From NCBI RefSeq assembly GCF_964204645.1, contig NC_134026.1, forward strand, positions 29,670,150 through 29,734,149: a stretch of DNA of 64,000 bases. Reading direction: 5' to 3'. This document shows positions 54,871 to 64,000 of this stretch, one piece after another; the first letter of the stretch is position 1, and the number at the start of each line of letters is the position of its first letter. Position numbers and translations under genes: made by a program. The notes under the pieces are model-generated. The model was given only the letters and a program-made list of their open reading frames with translations, made no database searches and had not been told where the DNA came from. Source of the stretch: Tubulanus polymorphus (Eukaryota; Animalia; Nemertea).

Positions 54871-55120
54871 TCTAGTAGAAAAACATCGAAAAACGGTTTT
54901 AATCAGTCGCTAATTGCGTGAGGAGAACAATCGAGCTGAAAATCAATCGAATTCAAGCGATTGAATTTATTGATTAGGCATCACTGGTAAGCGAGTATAT
55001 CCCTTATTCGGTCCGGTTCCGCATTTTATTTTTCAGTCCTATTCGACCACTAATACAAGTAACTGGACTATTTTTTATGTCATATAATCGGATTAAGCCG
55101 GATACAATCTCTAATTAATA

Positions 55121-56850
55121 ATGAGTTGCTGCTGTATTTGTTTGGTAGTTGCTGCGCTGATATTTCTACCGCTGTTTATATTGTATTTGTATTTAAGGTT
55201 GACAGTCGGTCGATATTCATCTGATGTTGATTTAACAGCGAAAACTGTCATAATCACAGGAGCTAATGTCGGTAAGGACTGATCGGAACTCCCTCCCACT
55301 AGCACTTGCACCCTAAGAAAAAAATCTAATTATTTGTAATCTTTTCTTTTATTCATCTATTATTAGGTATTGGATTTGAGACTGCTCTAGATTTGGCGAC
55401 AAGAAATGCCAGGATTATCTTTGCCTGTCGTAACTTAGAAAAAGCGGAACAAGCAAAACAGAAAATATTTGAAGAAACCGGCAATAGACAATTAATCGTC
55501 AAACATCTCGATCTGGCCAGTTTAGATTCGGTCAGAAAATTTTCTGCTGAAATCTTGAAGGAAGAAAACCGTTTAGATATTCTGATCAATAATGCAGGAG
55601 TTGTAGGTATGAGTTTGAACTATTTATTGATTTAAACTGAATTATTAATTTCAGTGTTCAAGATCATGTATGAGTTAATAAAATTTTCTTGTTTTTCCAG
55701 AAGTGACACCGCAGAAAACTAAAGATGGTTTTGAAATGATGTTTGGTGTCAATCATCTGGGCCATTTCTTACTTACACTTCTTTTGAAAGGTTTGAAGTT
55801 TCATTAGGATAATTTTCAAGTCAGACTCAAATTACATGTATATGTCATTCCTGCTTATTTTTTGTTTCAGATTTATTGATGAAATCAGCTCCGAGTCGAG
55901 TTGTAGTCGTTTCCTCTGTTGCTCATATGTGGGCTAAAATCACAGCTAGTGAAATAACAGCTGACAGATTAAACACATATAACCGTAGCCAATACGGAGT
56001 ATCAAAGCTAATGAATATACTGTTTACAAGGGAACTTAGTCAACAGTGGAAAGATTCCGGTAAATATGCAAATATGTTTATAGAAATCACAAGTGACTGT
56101 CTATTAAACAGATGAAAAAACCCATAATCAAAAAGAAAGTTTTAAAGATTTTCTTTTGTGGGTTTTTCAGTTGTTTAAATTCTATCACTTTGATATCACT
56201 GTCCTTGTTTGTATATTTCTAGGTGTGACTGTGAATGCCCTTCATCCGGGAGCTGTTCAATCTGAATTACTACGTAATCTGCCTCCAGTGCTCCAGTTTA
56301 TGTTTGACAAAATATTGTGCAAGATCTTCTACAAGGTAGTGATTATTTACTGTTCCCAGTAAACTCACGTCTGTCCTCTGATACCTAACTCTAGTTTAGA
56401 ATTCATTCATTAATTACCTTAGTACCTGGCTAATTTCCCTATCACACACCTGAATGGATTTACTTATTAGCTTTACCACTGCCTGTGCACTGTCTATCTT
56501 AATTAAGAGTATGATCAATCATAACATTCAGCCCCCAAACATCTCTGATAGTTAGTCAAATGCTTGGCTGACAATGTGCGAGTTAGGCGTTAGGTGTATT
56601 GTACTTATTATCACACATTACTGAAGTTCTTCCAGTGTTCATCGTAAAACATTTTACTTCTGTATTTCAGACAACTAAAGAAGGAGCTCAGACCTCAATC
56701 TACGTCGCTGTGGCGCCCGAACTGAAACATGTAACCGGAGAATATTTTTCAGATTGTAAAATCAGTAAACGTTTACTCGAAATTGCTCGAGATGATGGAG
56801 TTGCGAAGAAAGTTTGGGAGATAAGTGAGCAATTTTGTGGCCTGAAATGA
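55121..56850 (+). CDS. Retinol dehydrogenase 11/12/13-like short-chain dehydrogenase/reductase
   Basis: N-terminal hydrophobic anchor, [43 protein letters not shown] catalytic motif, [15 protein letters not shown]. Confidence 0.92.
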
Positions 56851-57177
56851 GCCCTCAATGACCCTAAGTCAAACGAGGCGATAGATATTGAAAAGGATGG
56901 ACATAAATCATATGGATCTGCTGAATAAACATAGACTTCAAATTATCACTTCTATTTTGTATCTAAAGCATAATTGTAGATTATTTTGTAAATAATTATC
57001 TACTGTTTACATAAGTTTAATAATAATTACACAATATTTGAGATATTATAAGATTGTTTGTTGTTCCTTAAATTACCGACTGTGAATAATATAGACGAGG
57101 ATTGATAGATCACGGACTCGAACTATGGATGAACCTTTATGACTCTCAAGTTTATTGTCATAATAAAACATTTCATA

Positions 57178-60100
57178 TTAATCTACTGATCCGCTTCCTG
57201 ATTTTAAACCCGACAACAAATTAGACTTCTTGAGTTTCTTCACTGGTTCCCCTAAAAAATGAAATAAACACATGTAACGTTTTCAAAGAGAAGTTTTGGA
57301 ATAAGATCAGCTAGAGAATTACTGGTACCTTCATGATAATGATCAGTTGTTCTTTTACGTATCTGGTCGACAGAATCTTCAGATTCTGCCCACTCTAAAA
57401 CAAGACGGCGTCCGAATAAATGTGTGCTGTGACATAACGCTTCAAATGCTCTCTGAAAATCCATATAAAAACTTTTTACCACCTTACAAATTAAATGATC
57501 TGAGCATCATATTGGTCTAGGCTTACCTTTGCATCTTGTTTCGTGAGATAATCTACAAATCCAAATCCCCTGTGCGATCCTGTACCACTTAATTTCGTTG
57601 GCAAACGAACAGATTTCAATTCACCAAAAACTCTATTGGAGAAAATAAATTGATATTCAGTAAGGTTCATTCTTATGATGTAAAGTGATTTGTTCTCAAC
57701 ATCTAATTTCTTACTTGAACAATTCTCTTATTTCATTTTCTTTTGCTTCAAAAGGAACATTGCGGACTAGAATTTTAGTTGATACTTGTTTCTTAATTTT
57801 TTGTTTCTTACGATGGGATTCGACAACTCTGAAATTAAAAAAAAAACCTCAGAAAATGATGCTTAGCTTAGATCGTAATACAAGACAATGAGATATCGAT
57901 GACTTACCCCGTAGCTCTTTGCGAGAGTTTTAATTCAACGGTGAAATCATCAATTTTAGTCCGTTGAAGTTCTTTTAACGCTTTCTGTGCATCATCTTTT
58001 CTGGTGAATGTAACAAAGCCATAACCCATCGACAAAAATTGTCCCGGATTTTTCATATCTTTCTTCTTAGCCACACTCGCGCTATGAATACGGCCACATT
58101 GCGAGAATGCTTCTTTCAGGGTTTCATCAGTCGTGTCAAAATTTAATCCTTTCACGAATACAGTAGAATCTGGTTCTATCTCAGAATCCTCCTCATCATC
58201 CATTGTTTTCTCAGAATCTTCAGTTGTTTTTGTATTTTCTACACTGTCCGTTGTTTTGGAATCCATATTTTCATCCGTTGTGTTCGATGCAGTTTTAAAA
58301 ACTTCAATTGGAGCCCATTCCAAATAAAGCGGAACGTGTTCAAACTATAGAAAAATATTTTTGTCCAAAATACGCATTAATCTTTTATCAGCGTTTTGTC
58401 TACTCACTGATGGCTGTGGGTTGTACACATACCTTGGTGTAAGCTAATCTTCTGAAAGCCGTTTTAGCTTCGGTTGGTTCTAGGAATTCGACGATGGCTG
58501 TAACTCCAGATGGAGGTATCAATACTCGACCCAGCTCTCCGTGTTTAGAGAATAAATCTCGAATACTTTCATGTTTAGTTCCAGCCGGAAGATTCTTGAC
58601 CAGAATCACAGTTTTACTTCGAGCCGAAGCAATCTGAAATATTTAAAGGTTTTTCACGTATGCTGTTAAAAAGAACTATAAATTATGTTGACCAATTACG
58701 ACTCTACCTGACTAAATGCATCCAGCTGAACTCCATTCTCTATCAAAAACTGTCTCGTTTCAGCAACAACCTGGGTCTCCCCGAGAGCCATTCTAACACC
58801 CAAACTCTGCTTACCATCCTGAAAGATGAAACCCGGTACGTTCAGATTCCAGCATCATTCCAGCAAGATCTGCACAAACCAGAATTCAATACCGCAGTGA
58901 AAACTTACAGAGGTTAAAATATCACTTTTTGCTTTTCCATATTTTTCAGCCATCACATCAGCTACAGCATTAGCACCAAGGAACAGTGTATTCCAGTTGT
59001 GTGAACTAAAATAAAGTTTAACAACTTGTTTTAATATATACTGCACTCAGACAAGAAGTACAAATAATTATCAAATATGTACCTCATAGCTTTAGCTTTC
59101 TTCTCTTTCTCCCTCTTTTTTTTAAATGATTCAGGACCTAGAATTAAAATAACAGTTCAATTTCCACAGAAGTGACTTAAAGTACATCTCGTATGCGGTG
59201 ATGTATTGGCCACACGTATGAAATTACCAGATTCTTTTTCATTGTGATCAACCTTTTCTTGTCCGGGTAAAATGTGTAACATACGACCCTGAAAGATCGT
59301 ACCATCCAACTCAGTAAATGCCTTCACTGCATGCTCCAGCATCATAAACGTGATGAATGCGAAACCCTTGATCTTCTTAGTAAATTTATCGATTGGTAAA
59401 TGAATGTCAGTGACTGGTCCTGAAACAGATTGAAAATTCTTCCGAGATTAACTAAATTCACCCGCATTGATAAACAACAGAATGAATTGCAACGGTATAA
59501 AACTAACCATATTTTGAAAAGGTTTCTTCCAAGATTTCCTCCGTACAAGCATCATAAGCAAGATTCCTCAAATACAGTCGACCAGTCTATAAAACACAAT
59601 GTACTTTATTGAAGAATGCAACGTGATACCGTTATATCGTTGTGATTATTTATTCAGTCCTGAGCTTATGGCTTACCTCCCCAATGCTTTCCATTTCTTT
59701 GTCTTGTTCTTCCATTTGTTTCTGTTGAGCTTTTATTTCCCAAGGTCGAGGTTCGTCTTCGACTAACAGTTCTTCTTCTTCTTCAGGAGTTCCACTCAGC
59801 ATCTTCTTCACGTGAACCTTTTTACCATCTGAAATTTTGAATACTGATCGATGCATCCTATTCTATCCTACTCCGAATTTATGAGACAATTAATTAAGGT
59901 GTACGAAATGGAAATCCTACCTAGAAAGTTTTTATTCCGCCTGGCGGCCTGGTCCTGTTCCTTTTCAGTTACAAAATCAACGTACGCAACACCTGAAAGC
60001 GTATAACACTACTGCATCAGTATATTCTTGTACCAATAAATCTAAATAAAGATGATACGTTTATTCCTTACCTATAACTCGTTTAGCAGCATTACGAGCA

Positions 60101-62187
60101 ATTCTAACGGCCAATACATTCAAAGGTTTAAAAAAATCACGTATTTGGCCCTGTTTGATGAAAAAAAAATGTATTTCCTTTTAATGCAAATTTCTGTAAT
60201 TATCTTAAAATTCTAAATTTGAATACGAAAAATACCTCTTTTATAGTAAGTGGCAATTCTCTCATTTTGATGACAAATTTAGGTTTTTCTTCTGCAGCAA
60301 TTTTTCCTTCCTCCTATGATGTAGATTTGTCAATGATACAGGAAAGAGCTTGACTATTTCATTCTCAAAATGAACCCTTGCTATGAAACTAACCTTCGAC
60401 TGAAGTGATGAATTCTTTTCATCATTCTTATTTTTACTATCTTCATCTTCATCATCACTACTATCAGACTCTGAGGACGATGACGACTCATTTAGAATGA
60501 CATTTGTCTTCTTTTTTGACTTGAGATACTGTAAAATTAATACACCACGGTTTGTAATAATAGAATCTACCATGACTGCATATTTAATTCTAAAACTTAC
60601 ATCAAGATCTGAAATTCCTTTCTTCATAGCAACTGATTTAGTTTTGTCATCTTTCACAATCGCTGGAACTGCAAGTTTTATCATATAAATGCTTGACATA
60701 TCAATCTCAATAAACATATCAATCTTATCTTATACACATCTAACTACCGGTAGCAGAGATGAGATGCAAGATTCTGAAACGTTCACATTATTCACACACA
60801 AATTTTTACTTTTTTTCCAACATTTTTCACATGCATCTCATCCCTGTAATAGTAAACCATAAAATGAAAAATATATTCCGAATTTGATCACTTACCTTCA
60901 TCGATGGTTTTAGTTTCCCCAGAATTGTCTTCCTCCTCATTTTCATCACTATTACTGTCATCATCCTCCTCCTCGTCACTACTGTCATCATCAGCGGTTT
61001 GTTTCGGTTTAGTTTTAGTTTCGTTCTGACTGACAGTAGCCACGTCATCTCCCCACGCAGTTTTTGTGCTTCGATTCTTATGAACTTCAAGGAATTCTTT
61101 AAATTCGGGATCATCTTTCAGCTAAAAATCACACGATTACTTAACCCTTTCAGTGCGTCTACACCGCAGTGCGGTGTATAAATCAGTGATGGATTTTGCT
61201 AGTACACCGCACTGCGGTGTATTGATGTAATTAGTAATTTGTAATTATCTCTATTGAAAAATGGCAGCAAGTGTCAAACATAGTGAAATACTAGTAACTA
61301 ACGATACACCGCACTGCGGTGTAGACGCACTATAGTGGAATTCCCATTGTTCAACACACTAGGGTGGAATTTTTTAGAATTTTCAAATTTTCTCCAGCAC
61401 TATAGGGTATTAATTAGTCAGCACAGAAAGGGTTAATACACAAATCAAAAACATCTCACAGATATCAAACTCTATCAGGGCAATAATACTTACTGTTCCT
61501 AAAAGACTACCAAATTTTTCTTCTCGTTCTTCTAATTTCTTCAATTTCTTTTCCTATGAAAAGGAAAGAAACATTATCTCTAAAAGTTTCATATCGATTT
61601 CAAATGAACTTTGAAATAAAGAATTGAACCTTTTTCAATTTCTTCCTTTCGAGTTTCAATTCTTCTGCCGTCTTCTTTTCTTTCGTTTTCATGAATCGTT
61701 CATAAGCGGAACTTCCTTTCGAATGTTTACTCCAGGCGCGAGGTTTGTTCGGATTATTAAAATCTGAACAGAGCTCCACCTGAAAAAAATGTAACATTTA
61801 TGAAACACATTCTGAACCTGGCATTTTAATACAACTAAACATCCAATAGCCTTGTATACTATATACCTGTAATTTTGAGGTGTCAATAAATGAGTTGTTG
61901 AAACATTTCATAGCATTTCGAGCTTCATCTTCATTGGAATACCCGATAAAACAGAATTTTCGGAAAACGCCCTGTTTTGTATATTTCAGGGACAAATCAG
62001 TGATAGTCCCTTTGGCAGAAAATATACTCCTTATTTTCTCATCTTTCACCTGAAATGTAAGTAAATAATGTTAATTTGATTGAATTGAATCTACGAGACT
62101 ATTTAATTTTAACGTAATATTGAATGTTAACGCTGTTTATCATCCGCTTACATCTTTGGGGAGATTTTTTACAATAATTCGTGACAT
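57178..62187 (-). CDS. RBM19: RNA-binding protein 19 (multi-RRM ribosome biogenesis factor)
   Basis: MSRIIVKNLP, FRKFCFIGY, PRAWSKHS, FQGRMLHILP, SHNWNTLFLGANAVAD, LSMGYGFVTF, KILVRNVPFEA, STHLFGRRLVLEWA. Confidence 0.95.
61145..61432. mobile_element. piggyBac-type MITE in an RBM19 intron
   Basis: TTAA|CCCTTTCAGTGC ... GCACAGAAAGGG|TTAA; three internal palindromes TACACCGCA(G/C)TGCGGTGTA. Confidence 0.85.
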
Positions 62188-62887
62188 AATTGAAGTCTAT
62201 ATTACGAGTAAGTGGCGCATTATCAGTGATAATTTAACAATATTCCTGTCTTCACTGCATGTAAACAAATGCACGTGTTCAGCGCTCCACACGTCCTTCA
62301 ACAATAATTGACATTTTGAATCGGAGTCCAGTGGAGGTCGAATCCCGGGAAACATGAACCAAGGTTAGGCCACTGCCAATTCCTGTGCCGCCAAATAGTA
62401 GTAACCAATATGGCAGCGCCCATAAAAAAATTTTCCGATGCCTTTATTAAAATCTTCTATCAGTAGTATCATCTGGCAATCTAAGTGTGTGTTGTAGTAG
62501 TAGTATTGACTTTGTTTTGGATCCCATAACATCCCACGCGTTTGTTTACTAAGACGTGGCGACGAGCCGTGTGTGTGTCCAATATTTATCTGGTAGCCAT
62601 GCGATAATTAATTAGTCTGTCAGTGTCACTGTCAGGGGAAGATACAGACTGAGTGAGGCTACGTTCTGCATGCATGGGTGAAGTGGAACTGGAAGTGATG
62701 ATAAGAGTCTGAAAATTAGAATCCTGACAAACCTTGTTTGTCTTTTCTGGATTCTTCAATTGATGTAGTCAGTAACCTGTCTGTGGTTTAGTTTCACGGT
62801 CGGATATTTTCACAAACCACAAGTTGGTATAAGCCCATCCGATTATAAAAAGCTTACCACCAACGATTAGGTAACTAACTACAATTG

Positions 62888-64000
62888 ATGGTGATGATGG
62901 AGTCAATGGAATGGAAAAATGTAGCGTCATCATCGATGGTTTTAACTGACAAAATAGAACTTAATTGGGCGAACCAATTTTGGCAAGCTGTCGATATCTG
63001 GATGCAGAAACCTCAAGTAGTAAACAAACGTCTGTGCGGAGCAATTATTCTCGCAAGAATCGGTTTGAAATGTCGCCGGCCCTCCAGTAAAGAATTTGGA
63101 TTTTATCAACAGCTTAAGCAAAAAGTTGAAGAGAATCTGGATGATTTAGAATCTGCATTTAATGATTTAGAGTTGAATCATGAAGATGAGATTGAATTGA
63201 TCGTAAGAGATGTACTTCCTAAACAAAGCGATAAATGTCAAACTATAAGAGAAGTTGTTATCTTAGGTATCATCAAAATAGCTCTAAAATACCTCGATTA
63301 ACTCATTCAAGTTTTACATTCTAATAAATTTCGAAATTTTCCTCCTGTTTTACAGATAAGAAGATGCAAGAAATCATTTATTTTCCGATCTCTAACATCA
63401 GAGATTCGAGTGGTGATATATACATGCAGTCTTACATGGTTAAAATGATCGATGGCAGTTCAGATAAAAGGTGATTAGGTCTACTTCCATTTCAGTTGAT
63501 TCATTCAATTATTTAATGGAATGAGGAGTTGTAGTGAAGCTGTATCAACCTAGTGTCAAATCAGTAAATATGAACACTGATTGATTAGTACCTAGTTGGT
63601 CAATTTAATTTGTATTAAAATCAAGTTAACCTATAACAAAGTACTTCGAGTCTTCAGTTTTACCTTCTTTAATATAGGATAGAAATAAGTGTCAACTCTG
63701 GTGAACACATAGTTCCACATGTACATCATACTGCCTCATGGTTAAAGGATGTTTTACTACCAAAATTACTGAAATGGATGAATGAAGGAGAACTTCAGAA
63801 TCTAACGAATTCGCTTCAACTTGTCGCATTAGATCATTATAACTCAATGTATCAAAACTTGAAAGTCAAATACGGAAAGGATTTGGTTCAGGTATCTATC
63901 ATACTCTATGTATTACTCTGACCATTTATAGATACATTGTGACATATTTACAATGTTACCTGTTTCTAGTCTTGGTGTGAGAGCACTGATCCTCAAAAGT
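62888..64000 (+). CDS. TRMT44: tRNA (uracil-O(2)-)-methyltransferase, 5' exons (runs off the window end)
   Basis: FWQAVDIWMQKPQVVNKRLCGA, WLKDVLLPKLLKWM, SLQLV...Y..LKVKYGKDLVQ, W.ESTDPQK. Confidence 0.88.

Noticed and set aside
62320-62352. tRNA gene (GGTCGAATCCC B-box-like; similar at ~39108 and ~48950)
   Set aside because: No cloverleaf or matching A-box could be built

Overview
AT-rich eukaryotic (invertebrate animal) genomic DNA with short GT-AG introns. Two gene-dense flanks are present. The left flank (1-16.8 kb) holds FARSA, GCDH, a Shaw-like Kv channel, BSDC1, FBXO4 and GTF2F1. The right flank (52.3-64 kb) holds neuralized, an RDH11/12-like SDR, RBM19 and TRMT44. Most of these genes sit in head-to-head pairs. 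Between the flanks is a 33.5-kb block (16869-50414) with no intact conserved gene. It is bounded by 101-bp terminal inverted repeats and a perfect 9-bp direct repeat (TAGTTTTTG), which is the geometry of one giant DNA-transposon-like element, and it is inserted 58 bp upstream of the GTF2F1 start codon. Its cargo includes about ten different tandem-repeat arrays, nested LINE/MITE/Harbinger/Helentron-like pieces, decayed spliced gene fragments, promoter-like modules, a GC-rich orphan ORF and possible very degraded transposase relics. Gene identities come from recognising translated motifs by eye; no database searches were run.
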